Shown here: in pieces, positions 44,801-53,533 of the stretch
Numbering within the stretch: the first letter of the stretch is position 1
How the letters are laid out: each line of letters begins with the position of its first letter
Assembly: GCA_003707115.1 (NCBI GenBank)
Contig: PPNB01000021.1
Coordinates: 1-64,000, forward strand
Origin: Tortispora ganteri
Lineage: Eukaryota
Length of the DNA: 64,000 nt
Direction: 5' to 3'
The notes under the pieces: model-generated
Database searches by the model: none
What the model saw: the letters and a program-made list of their open reading frames with translations, nothing else
What the model was told of the DNA's origin: nothing
Position numbers and translations under genes: made by a program

Positions 44801-46035
44801 TGTTATCCAAAATTAGGAGCTTCATTCAGGAAAACATTGACATTCTAGTTCGTGGGAATTCTACAGAATGTGTGCGTATTCTTGATAGGTTTTGGCCTGA
44901 GTTCTTTAACGGTATAAATGACATTCAGAGTGATGGCGACTTTGCTCAACTATTTGAGGCTCTTTTAGCTTCTCACGAAGATAGAATAGGGCAATGGTAT
45001 ACTACCGAAACAATTCAACGGTATGTTGGAATTTTAGCGCTGGTTTCATCTGAAAAATTGCAGTTATTTCTAAATGGCTTAAGCCTTGAATCACTGAAGA
45101 AGCTGGAAATTGAACAGCTAAAAGAAAAATTGTATTCTATTGCGGATTATGAAACCATTATCAAGCTATATGAATATCAAGACAATTTTGAATCTGCCTT
45201 AGAAGTTTGCGTTAATGTTATCGGAGACTTTGATGTTAGCCCGGAAATTTGCCTTAAGATGCTGGAAGAAGGATCAAGCTTGTGCGTGAAGTATTCTGAG
45301 CAGGCAGTTCGACAGGACAATATAGCTATTAGTAAATGTGAAAGTTTACTGGCGAGGTTTTTACGAGATAGCTCGTACTGGCTATTACGTTCTTCCTCTA
45401 AATTTCAAGACACTAAACTGGCTAAATCCGCAAGGTTGAAAGTACAGAATGTTTTTTCTACGGTTTTGGCTGTTTCTTCGCCGAAATTTGCGGATATTAG
45501 CGAATCAGAATCTGTTTCTGAGAAAAAACGGATTGGTAGTTTGTCTATGGGTATGATTATGCAACAATTTCTTGATCAGATTGCTGATTCTGGTGCCGAC
45601 GGTTCCGGAATGACAGTACGAGAGATTTTGGAGTATATTTTGGAATCATACACTTACCAGAAGAACATTGCTAAGCTCACAGATTCTATCTTGAGTACGC
45701 GCAACCGTGGACATTTTTCGGAGATTAAGCTGAAGCAGTCAGGCTGGCGACCGGTTGTTTCGAAACAATATTTTCGCGCAAGTTTATGTGAGATATGTGG
45801 AAGAAGGCTGGTAGGCCACAATGCTGGACTAAAAGGCGAAAACATCTTATTAGAATGGGTTGAGCTTTGCAGAAAAAAATCTGCAGGCTCAATAAAGGAA
45901 GACAAAAATATGAATGTTACAGGTAATGAACTCATTGTGTTTGGATGCAAACATGCATTTCACATCAAATGTCTACGTGGAATGGGTATAGAACGCGATG
46001 CGCATAGCCTACATTGTATAGTATGTGACAAATAA
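41809..46035 (+). CDS. VPS8: CORVET complex subunit Vps8
   Basis: About 1400 aa; WD-like N-terminus ('ILVGTSRGLVLVF'), central 'LANWADWLLAIM' and 'LSEAFEDSFLND', C-terminal RING-H2 (CEIC...CKHAFHIKC...CIVC). ATG at 41809. Confidence 0.88.
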   Translation: MDDTGEPPLASNNGSVDSLDDPNFSSAVSTPQKNSKSPFADLQFTSPSTSTLRSPSIASFSSPLTSRLRSHYDAQISSRTVAAPSAPSSATVDLLDNLSSVRWRRLQKLSNVLYSEHTARAFGSPQCLAVGSSILVGTSRGLVLVFSYTQTLASVLGQNSPATESGPVTVLAFSADCTVLAAGHANGNILVYDLSRPDTYSYVIRSVPRDQHAHTKPPDGHLPGSKILHLTFLGKRHSLLASTDDHGIALLHQRVHGLTGARTLSTKILGKYPSSTLTTSPKPRIRILLAFSHLPYGNLVFPTDNMGIIAVVTPFQLIIIALTPSAQTLYQLKRKSSVTTSIGGAASWHPAAKRGDTATFPMLAYSWANELHVLRVSHPKDINADSVEPGDLQFSHFWSWKTDETIVAINWLSNMLISVVTLTQRLFIVDCATMDFVDQSDINSRGVVHHPFFIKALSALNKDANSDFATPNSTHYIPESYFNSIRTFKERIFLLGNYELVVGTLANWADWLLAIMDKGNCSEAIFLALKYYKGEINGGLVGLPSDDRTRKAMMSEKIKEFVIASLTYVLSRATEVNTDIDYETGNSVLHDLSYYCFEALTTLHSEDMLYEQVYDLYARYNSVGSYFDVLKLFIYTGKITSIPPDICKALVNYDVAGTVSDDLQLVLCRLDPLSFDIDWTSTKCAENGLWETLAYIWTRGLMDCITPCFYFFDLISQALSGAVNPKVLEGARTTYEYFTYILTGKVFPSGILMEPGVAVSMKASLYYMLFLGTTIVWPFVNGKILSVDPAFNEEAFPYLKLLLSFDSKRFFSFLSEAFEDSFLNDSVGEDNSSVRTFSSPDQDFGSALTRQYIIQILLDIFDSSFYASNSEASIRFNIFLSSNSVKYPQFLILSDNTKDRVIRSLCNLPEEFEYLHTEAELGLECLLSQYRPVDFENVIELLKESQYFVALQDLYRSEKCFIELLDMYAKQGGVDSVGLFNALSESITYAEEQEDDAMLSKIRSFIQENIDILVRGNSTECVRILDRFWPEFFNGINDIQSDGDFAQLFEALLASHEDRIGQWYTTETIQRYVGILALVSSEKLQLFLNGLSLESLKKLEIEQLKEKLYSIADYETIIKLYEYQDNFESALEVCVNVIGDFDVSPEICLKMLEEGSSLCVKYSEQAVRQDNIAISKCESLLARFLRDSSYWLLRSSSKFQDTKLAKSARLKVQNVFSTVLAVSSPKFADISESESVSEKKRIGSLSMGMIMQQFLDQIADSGADGSGMTVREILEYILESYTYQKNIAKLTDSILSTRNRGHFSEIKLKQSGWRPVVSKQYFRASLCEICGRRLVGHNAGLKGENILLEWVELCRKKSAGSIKEDKNMNVTGNELIVFGCKHAFHIKCLRGMGIERDAHSLHCIVCDK

Positions 46036-46291
46036 CACAAAGACTATTCAACAAGATCAAAGATTATATTTAAAAATAGGAAAGAACATAATGTAATTAC
46101 ATACCTGCCGCAACAACGATGGCGGGTATATGCTGTTCACCGTTTGAATGGACGTGGCGAGATTATGGCTGGCTGCTATGAGCAGTAGTATGTAGGTGAT
46201 TCATGCAGTAAAACGTTGGAAGGCTTGGAAAATCTCAACACGTGCTGAGAAGGGCGGTGTAAAAGAGCGTATAGAATGAGGAAAGAACAGA

Positions 46292-46918
46292 TCAGCTTTT
46301 GCCGAATAGTTTCTTTTTCTTTTTCTTCTCTTTGCCTTTAGACTCGTTGAGATTGATGGCAGAGTTGTCAGTGGCGTAGGAATCGGAAGCGCCAGAATTG
46401 CCTAAAGAAATAATCTTCCGTTCGGGCTCACGCGGAGGAATGACAGTGCGGTTATTACCGTACTGGTAAGCGTAAGGGTCCGGCTCGACGGGACGGCCAT
46501 ACTCGTCGTAGTGGGCTGCCTGGTGGACGCGATAGTTTCGCGTTTTCCAGTCGAAATCGGACTCTTGAGTGTACCGTCTGTCATACCAGTTGTAACCTTC
46601 ACGCTGCATTTGATCGAGGTAACTTGGATCGCCGGTTGCGCAGTATTCGAATCCGCGGATTGTTGCTAGCGGACGTTCGTCGCGGGCACGCGTGGGGTTA
46701 GTGTGGTCCGGGTTGGCGATCGGTTTGCCGGTAAGGTCTCTAGAGACCATATCGGGAGAGAGAGTACCCTCAGAATGGCCGCTGTTTACTTCATAAGGTT
46801 GTGCTTCATTTACAGCGTTGAGCACGCGGACGTTGCTGATGTCTTCTTTGAAGTGATACTCGGGTTGATTGGAGTGAGGCTTAGGTTCAGCGCTCTTCCT
46901 CTTGCCGAAAATTCCCAT
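46292..46918 (-). CDS. DUF2406-family protein (S. cerevisiae YMR295C/YGR273C-like)
   Basis: 'VLNAVNEAQPYE', 'RDLTGKPIANPDHTNPTRARDERPLATIRGFEY', polybasic C-terminus 'KKKKKKLFGKS'; ATG at 46918. Confidence 0.8.
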   Translation of the reverse strand: MGIFGKRKSAEPKPHSNQPEYHFKEDISNVRVLNAVNEAQPYEVNSGHSEGTLSPDMVSRDLTGKPIANPDHTNPTRARDERPLATIRGFEYCATGDPSYLDQMQREGYNWYDRRYTQESDFDWKTRNYRVHQAAHYDEYGRPVEPDPYAYQYGNNRTVIPPREPERKIISLGNSGASDSYATDNSAINLNESKGKEKKKKKKLFGKS

Positions 46919-47410
46919 AGTGCGAGTGTCGATACGCGTGCGCAAATGCTTAAGGAAGTCTTATTAAGGAGATTCAAAAAAAGACTAACCGGTAATCAAA
47001 ATCGATTACTCCTGGATGAAGAGAAATGTTGTAGAACTAACAACAGGTTTGTTCCTTGTTCGGATGCGTAGTGGTGATTACAGTCGCCAGTTAGGAGAAA
47101 GAAGCGAGAGAAAAAAACACTAATTATTAGAGTTTTTGGATTATCCTTTTCCGTTTGCCGAAAAGCGCGACCCTTTTTGAATACCGCTAATAAAATCCAA
47201 AATAAGGGCGCTGTAACTGTGTTGAAGTATGGAAAGCTTTTAATTCCCTGTGATACTGGAATTATAAGGCCTGAGTTGCTTGTGGGAACATCCAGAGCTG
47301 TAATAGTGCGATTGATGGATGATGATTATCAGCAAGCTAGATCACTACCACATTCCAACGTCCATACTTGGCATTAAATAGAGTAAAACTTCGTGAATTA
47401 TATCCTAGCG

Positions 47411-48304
47411 TTATTTTTCAGATATCCAAGCTAACATCTTATTTATCGGTTTTGGGAACTTCTTAGATTCTTTCGCAGGGAGGGTTTGCTGATTTAATTC
47501 TGTTTCAAGTGATCGTTGGTACATTTGGTGTTCCTGTTTTCTGGTGGGCTCTGAAACCCACATGATCTCGTATGTAGTTTGCGGTACGCAAAAGTCTTGC
47601 CATAAATTAGGAATAATAATTGAGTCTGTTACTGTGTCTCTGATCTCGAATTGGCCTTTGTCGATCAATGAGATTTTCGATGGAAAGATTTGTTTGAGCG
47701 AGTTCATAAGTGCCGTGTATGTTCTGATACGATCATAGGGGATCGCCCAGGTCTTGAATGTATCACCGTCACGTATATTGATATATGTGCGTGGTGCTGA
47801 TCTGATGGGTCTTGATTCGATAATGGATGCTGTGCTGCTAGGGTAATCGCTTATCACACTCTGGCTGTCTGAACGAGTCACGATCGGAGCGATCGTGTAG
47901 GTTGGTGATGATGAAGACGGAAATCTAGTTGTATATGGCGACTGTAGCGACAAATTTGAATATTTTGGAAGCATAGCGGATTCATAGACTCCAGGAATAC
48001 TTGTTCCTGGCGACATGCTCAACTGAATCGGGGCAGTACGAAGTGGTGGAGAGTATTCGCCAGGCGCAATGATAACGCGGTCAAATGAGCTGCTAAGTGG
48101 ATTTGATACACATTCGTATCCCAAAGTCTCCGGAAGCTGGTCAAATGATATAGGTCGCTGACTACTAACATGATTGACCGAATGGACTGGAGAAGTGTGA
48201 CTCCTTGTAGGCATGCGGTATGGAGGCGCGACCGGTTCATCGTACGATGGATCGAATATGTCTTTGTAGGCTTTTTTGCGAGATCGCGAATTTGAATGTG
48301 GCAT
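47411..48304 (-). CDS. Hypothetical protein: Ser/Pro-rich N-terminus and a possible fungal ubiquitin-like domain
   Basis: 297 aa ATG ORF; segment 'INIRDGDTFKTWAIPYDRIRTY..L...LKQIF...IDKGQFEI...IIIPNLWQDFCVP...EIMW' looks like a folded domain. Confidence 0.65.
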   Translation of the reverse strand: MPHSNSRSRKKAYKDIFDPSYDEPVAPPYRMPTRSHTSPVHSVNHVSSQRPISFDQLPETLGYECVSNPLSSSFDRVIIAPGEYSPPLRTAPIQLSMSPGTSIPGVYESAMLPKYSNLSLQSPYTTRFPSSSSPTYTIAPIVTRSDSQSVISDYPSSTASIIESRPIRSAPRTYINIRDGDTFKTWAIPYDRIRTYTALMNSLKQIFPSKISLIDKGQFEIRDTVTDSIIIPNLWQDFCVPQTTYEIMWVSEPTRKQEHQMYQRSLETELNQQTLPAKESKKFPKPINKMLAWISEK

Positions 48305-48706
48305 ATCTAGTGTTAAGTATATTTTGGGTACTTTATATAGTCAAGTAAAGCACTATTTGAGGAATATTTGACTGATCTCTCTTTATAACGATTTGACTTG
48401 ACTTATACAGTTACAACTGCTTTTTACTATATACGGTAATATTTTAACTTTAATTTGTACAAGTTTCGTAAACACATTAACTTGAGCTATTTTATGTATT
48501 AAACGACCAAAATTTCTGTCGCAATTTACTATAATGTTTATTATATATTTTTCAAAAAAAATTATATAAACTGAAAGGTTTAGATACGGTTGATATCGGC
48601 GTCTGGTTACCCCATAAGAATTTAGTTAAGTGCAAGTATCGCAAATTTTACCACCCAAACCTTAATCTGACTTTTACCTTACAGAAGAGAAAAAAAGGAA
48701 GAAAAA

Positions 48707-50380
48707 ATGACTGAAGACATTTCTAGGGCCGAAACTCCATTAGAGATTCCCTCTATTGTCGGTATATCATTTGGAAATAAGACATCATCTGTAGCGGTTG
48801 TATCACGAGATGGATCGATCGAACTGATTGCGAACCAGGATGGTGACAGGTTCATTCCATCTGCATTGTCGTATTTGAATGAAGACGAGTACCACGGCTC
48901 ACAGGCGTTATCTCAGCTGGTACGCAATGCTAATAACACCATTGTCAATTTTAGAGATTTTATTGGAAAGGAATTTGCAAAGGTCGATCCAACTCACAGC
49001 GCTAGGTCTGCACACCCAATAGAGTCTGATTCGAAAGTCAGCTACCAAATTAATGGTGAAACTGTCTCTGTCGATACTATTACTGCCCGCCATCTTACTC
49101 GGATTCGTGATCTTGCTACTGATTACCTTGGTGTTCCTGTAAAGAAAGCTGTTGTCGCTGTGCCCTCTGACTTCACCGACGACCAATTACAAGCTCTCCA
49201 TAATATCGCTAAGACAATCGACCTTGATATACTTCAGACAATTAAAGAGCCTGTCGCTGCACTCATACCGTACACTTTTCAATCGGTTCACCCCTCAGAC
49301 AAGATATCTTTGGTTCTGGATATTGGTGCTTCGCGAACTGATGGTGCTGTCATTGCCGTACGCGGCGGCCTGATGTGTATCCTGGCCACTGCCCACTCCT
49401 ACGATTTCGGCGGTTCAAGTCTAGACGACATTCTTGTTGATTTTATTGCCAAAGAGTTTGAAAAGAAGAACAAAATTGACCCCAAATCTGAACCGCGTGC
49501 TATCGCCAAAATGTACGCTGAGGCCGAAAACGTCAAACGTGCTCTAAGCGCTTCAAAAACAGCTACTATCTCAATAGAATCTCTCGCCTCTGGATATGAC
49601 TTCCACATGTCTATAAATCGACTGAAATTTGAATTGCTCGCGCGCAAGGTATTTGAGCTGTTCACCTCATTTGCCGACGAAGTTGTTGCAAAATCTGGCC
49701 TCGACAGCCTCCAAATCTCAGAAATCGTTCTTGCAGGTGGTACGTCAAATATTCCTAAGATCTCGACACTGCTCGGTGCCAAGTTTGGTGAATCTACCAC
49801 TGTGGTATCACCTTCGACTTCTATCAAGGCCTTCAACACGAGTGAACTCATCGCCCGTGGTTGTGCGATGCAAGCTTCTTGGATAAGCGCATTGGACGCC
49901 GACGACATCCAGGAAATCATGCAGCCGTCTGTCACTATCGCCGCGCACACCTCTAAAGCCATTGGCGTACAGTTGCCCGACAACGAACTTGTCGTTGTCG
50001 TAGAGCAGATCACCGCTGTTCCTATCAGAAAGACCGTCGTTCTTCCTGGCCCTGCCGACGATGGCGATGTCTTGGTTTCCATTGCCGAGGCTGACACCGA
50101 GATCGTCAGTAGAAAGATAGAGAAACCAGATCCGTCTGAAAATGACGATGACGATAATGACCTCGATGGCTTCTCAGACGATGAAGACGAAGAAATTAGA
50201 GAAATTAAGTTCAAATCAGCAGCTAAAATTGCCGATATCGTTCTTGAGAATGTTAAAGGTGGATCCAAAATTGAAATCGTTATCAATATCACCTCAAAAC
50301 TTGGTATGTCCGTTGCTGCAAGACCTGTCGGCAGCTCTTCGGCCATTCGTTTGGAAACTGAATGCTCTTTGAGCCAATAA
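48707..50380 (+). CDS. SSZ1: Ribosome-associated complex atypical Hsp70 Ssz1
   Basis: 'VGISFGN', 'IANQDGDRFIPS', 'EYHGSQALSQLVRN', 'SIESLASGYDF..SINRLKFE'; truncated substrate-binding domain with an acidic loop and no lid. Confidence 0.92.
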   Translation: MTEDISRAETPLEIPSIVGISFGNKTSSVAVVSRDGSIELIANQDGDRFIPSALSYLNEDEYHGSQALSQLVRNANNTIVNFRDFIGKEFAKVDPTHSARSAHPIESDSKVSYQINGETVSVDTITARHLTRIRDLATDYLGVPVKKAVVAVPSDFTDDQLQALHNIAKTIDLDILQTIKEPVAALIPYTFQSVHPSDKISLVLDIGASRTDGAVIAVRGGLMCILATAHSYDFGGSSLDDILVDFIAKEFEKKNKIDPKSEPRAIAKMYAEAENVKRALSASKTATISIESLASGYDFHMSINRLKFELLARKVFELFTSFADEVVAKSGLDSLQISEIVLAGGTSNIPKISTLLGAKFGESTTVVSPSTSIKAFNTSELIARGCAMQASWISALDADDIQEIMQPSVTIAAHTSKAIGVQLPDNELVVVVEQITAVPIRKTVVLPGPADDGDVLVSIAEADTEIVSRKIEKPDPSENDDDDNDLDGFSDDEDEEIREIKFKSAAKIADIVLENVKGGSKIEIVINITSKLGMSVAARPVGSSSAIRLETECSLSQ

Positions 50381-50581
50381 GGTAACTATTACTCTTACAA
50401 TCAGCTATAAATAATATCAATATTTATATACATTTGAGAAATTATAAATAGCGTAATCTTGACACTTTTCTTAGCGTCTGAACGCATAAATAAAAATAAT
50501 CTCTCTTTCTTGCTCCCTGTATATTTTCTTTTTTTTTATTTATGTGGCTTTTATCTTCACCATTGCGTTCGGTATCGATCG

Positions 50582-53191
50582 CTAGAAATTGGGATCCGGT
50601 TCACGAATAGAGACTTTATCTTTAAGCTTAGCAAGCTTCTCGGGCGGGATAATGTTGCCTTCCGCGTCCTTGTACAGCTTGCGGTATGCCCTGATCTGGC
50701 CATCCTCATCTGTTCGATATATAGTCTCAGGGGCACCAGTATCTTGGGTGGTCTTGGCTGAAACCTGAACTGACGGATCAAATTCTTCTTCAACAGGTTC
50801 TTGCTCGTTCGCAGGCTGTTCTTTTACTTCCTCAGGCTGTTCTTTTTCTTCCACGGACTCTTCTTCTTCCTTTTCTTCCACGGACTCTTCTTCCTTTTCT
50901 TCCACGGAATCTTCATGAACAGAGTCATTGGAAGCCTCGCCTTCCTCTTGAGGAATTTCTACCTCTTTGGTCTCTTGCGGTTCAGTAGCTTCGGTGATGG
51001 TTGGCTTTGCGAACGGGTCCGCTACGGTCGCATACTCTTCGTAGCTTTGTGGGTACAAACCGCAGTTAAAATCCCATGTATCTAGAATTTTGGCGTTGTT
51101 ACACTCAGATTGCGTCCATTCAGAACCGTAAGTGATACGAGAATAGCGGTAGAAGGCGACTAGGCTGAACAACAAGAACGTGATAAGAATGGTCTCGCGC
51201 AAAAACTTGTTGTAAGGCATCGCGCCTGCGTATATATCGATCGTCAATACAATAGCAAGGATTGCAAAGTATAGTGCAGGCAAATAATGGTGCAGGAAAA
51301 GTTGTCGGCCCATCAAGAAGAAAGGGAAGTAGTGTAGTGCCCATGCTGTGAACGTGCTACCCAGATAGTGGTCGTATTCTTGGAGTGTAGGTCGAAGGTA
51401 ATCATCGTAGGACCTCTGCCAGCGTAACACAGAAAACAGCTTGACTACCACGTATATTGCCACAGCAGCAGTAGACGACCACCAGATCAGCGGGTTTCCA
51501 AGGAGGTAAATGTGCCTTTTGTGGTCACCCCAAAAGTTAATGCCGCGCTTCAAAATAGGCCAAGAACTCGGTCTAGACATGTAGGGATGTGAAGCGGTAA
51601 GGCCAGCATTAGTAGTCCACATGATTGAGTTGAGTTCTATGACTTTCTCAAGCAGGCTCATAGGCTCATACTTAACCAGTTCGACCTTTTCATCATAAAC
51701 ATCAAGCAGAGGATGTTCGTTGTGCTCAATGTACCACACAGTGTTCTTGAAAATACCTTGATGAGTACATGTGACTTCCTGCTGGCCAAACCCCCATTCT
51801 GGAAGCTTATAGTTGCGCGAAAAGAGCTGACATCCGCTTTCTACGTGGATCAGTCTGATCTGTGAGTTGATAGCGGTAACGACAGTTTTAGGATCAGTGT
51901 TTTTAACAATTTCAATACGAAACAGATCGTTAGAGTCACCTTCAAACCCTTCAAAGCCATATGCACTGACTTCGTTGAGCCAATCGGTATCGCTAGACGG
52001 ACGAATGTCGTGAGAATGGAGGCGGCGTTTAGTAACAACGTGCTTGAGACGAACAATGTCGCCGTGTTTGACATAGGATAAGGGGACAGTAGCGTAATCA
52101 ATATCAGGGCCAATAGTTCCGTTCTCAATAAGCCAGAAATTGTTCTCGTCTATGTGTGGGTAGAGAGTAACCTGGTGTTGCTCGGAACCGCCCACGTATT
52201 TGTGATCGTGCGAGTGAAGGTAGCCCCCTTGAGTACCGACGTGTCTGATTGAAATAGTTGATCCAAAGGCGACTTTAAGCGGGACCTCGTTATTGCGCGC
52301 GCCCGGCATGTTAGCCTGAAACCTTGAGGTCATGAAGCCAGCGCCGTCACCGGAAATAGGTAGCAGGGCGAAATGGATAGCAAACATTCCAATGTAGAAT
52401 GACAGAGGAAGCACAATAAGGAAAAGCACGCGCGCAGAGAAATGTCTAACGAAAGTACGGGGAGTCACAGAGAGGTCGCCGAGGATTTTCCAGAGTTGGT
52501 ATATGGTCAAAACACCGATCCAAGCGATGGTGAAAAGACCTACCCATTTAATTGAAGCTGTGATTCCAAGACCGAGGCCGGTAAGAGCGAGCATGAGGTA
52601 CCACTTCAATGAGAAAATTGATTGTGTCTCGAAAGAAGACCAGGCCCATGCGGTGAGCGCGGTGCCAAAGATCAAGGGAGAGTCAAGTAATATCAAGCGA
52701 CTCTGTGTGACGAGGCCGTTCTCAAAGCATACTAGCAATGCACCGACGGTAGCACCTACTGTCGAGCAATTATAATTGCGCAGAGTCAAGAAGGCAAGAG
52801 AGACGACAGCGACTCCTAGGAGGCCAGGATAGAGACGCATAGCGACATAAGGGACATGCTTGTCAAGGTATGAGAGACCTATTTCGTGAAAATCAAAGTC
52901 CTCATCCAAATTTCCAAGTTTAGCGATGAGTGCGAACAGCATTTTAGCCAATGGCGGATGAACATCGAGAAAGTAGCGTCCAAGGATATACTTGCGAGCG
53001 AATCCTCCAAAATGGACCTCATCGAAGACGACAGAAGGTGGGAAGTTAATTTTGTAGAGACGGACGATCAGTGCGACCAGTGTCACAAATACAAAGGCGA
53101 TTTTATCGCGAGTAGTGTAGACGACCTTGTGGGCGGGGCCCTTTGAAGGTTGGAAAGGAGACGCCGGATTCGCAATGGGTGCTGTTTTCAT
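50582..53191 (-). CDS. PMT1: Dolichyl-phosphate-mannose:protein O-mannosyltransferase, Pmt1 subfamily
   Basis: 'VVFDEVHFGGFA', 'DVHPPLAKM', MIR domains, 'RQLFLHHYLPALYF', acidic C-terminal tail; first ATG at 53191. Confidence 0.9.
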   Translation of the reverse strand: MKTAPIANPASPFQPSKGPAHKVVYTTRDKIAFVFVTLVALIVRLYKINFPPSVVFDEVHFGGFARKYILGRYFLDVHPPLAKMLFALIAKLGNLDEDFDFHEIGLSYLDKHVPYVAMRLYPGLLGVAVVSLAFLTLRNYNCSTVGATVGALLVCFENGLVTQSRLILLDSPLIFGTALTAWAWSSFETQSIFSLKWYLMLALTGLGLGITASIKWVGLFTIAWIGVLTIYQLWKILGDLSVTPRTFVRHFSARVLFLIVLPLSFYIGMFAIHFALLPISGDGAGFMTSRFQANMPGARNNEVPLKVAFGSTISIRHVGTQGGYLHSHDHKYVGGSEQHQVTLYPHIDENNFWLIENGTIGPDIDYATVPLSYVKHGDIVRLKHVVTKRRLHSHDIRPSSDTDWLNEVSAYGFEGFEGDSNDLFRIEIVKNTDPKTVVTAINSQIRLIHVESGCQLFSRNYKLPEWGFGQQEVTCTHQGIFKNTVWYIEHNEHPLLDVYDEKVELVKYEPMSLLEKVIELNSIMWTTNAGLTASHPYMSRPSSWPILKRGINFWGDHKRHIYLLGNPLIWWSSTAAVAIYVVVKLFSVLRWQRSYDDYLRPTLQEYDHYLGSTFTAWALHYFPFFLMGRQLFLHHYLPALYFAILAIVLTIDIYAGAMPYNKFLRETILITFLLFSLVAFYRYSRITYGSEWTQSECNNAKILDTWDFNCGLYPQSYEEYATVADPFAKPTITEATEPQETKEVEIPQEEGEASNDSVHEDSVEEKEEESVEEKEEEESVEEKEQPEEVKEQPANEQEPVEEEFDPSVQVSAKTTQDTGAPETIYRTDEDGQIRAYRKLYKDAEGNIIPPEKLAKLKDKVSIREPDPNF
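50844..50914. repeat. Coding minisatellite in the PMT1 tail (3 copies, 27/24-bp period)
   Basis: TTTTCTTCCACGGA at 50844, 50871 and 50895; encodes (E/D)SVEEKE three times. Confidence 0.85.
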
Positions 53192-53437
53192 AGTGAGAAT
53201 ATTGCAGTGAATGGACGTCTTGTTGCACAGCAAACAACCAAAAAGAAATCAAATGCACCTATTGTATTATCCAGTTCAAATAGCAGAAAACTAAAAGGTC
53301 TGGATTTGCCGGAAAGACCAAGAAAATATAAATTAAGGAGGTGGTGGTGGAAAGTATTTAGGAAGATCTATGGTCCCTCTTGTGTAACGTGTACTTTACG
53401 AGTAATCGACCAATAGGAGACCATATTGTTGAGATTC

Positions 53438-53449
53438 GTTACCCGGATT
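53438..53449. promoter_or_regulatory. Reb1-type site GTTACCCGGATT
   Basis: Identical to 30606-30617; about 250 bp upstream of PMT1 and downstream of the COQ6 stop. Confidence 0.55.
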
Positions 53450-53533
53450 AGAGCGTCCAGAAGTTTATTGTTGCGTGAAGGGATGATGAGGTCAGCAGCG
53501 GAGAATATGTAAATAAATATAAGCGTTAGAGAG

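Noticed and set aside
47300..47400. Box C-like ATGATGA suggesting a snoRNA
   Set aside because: No downstream CTGA box D with a terminal stem in the intergenic interval.
49399..50346. 315-aa antisense ORF inside SSZ1
   Set aside because: Lies wholly opposite an Hsp70 CDS in the codon-aligned antisense frame; long antisense ORFs are a known by-product of Hsp70 codon usage; no recognisable domain.
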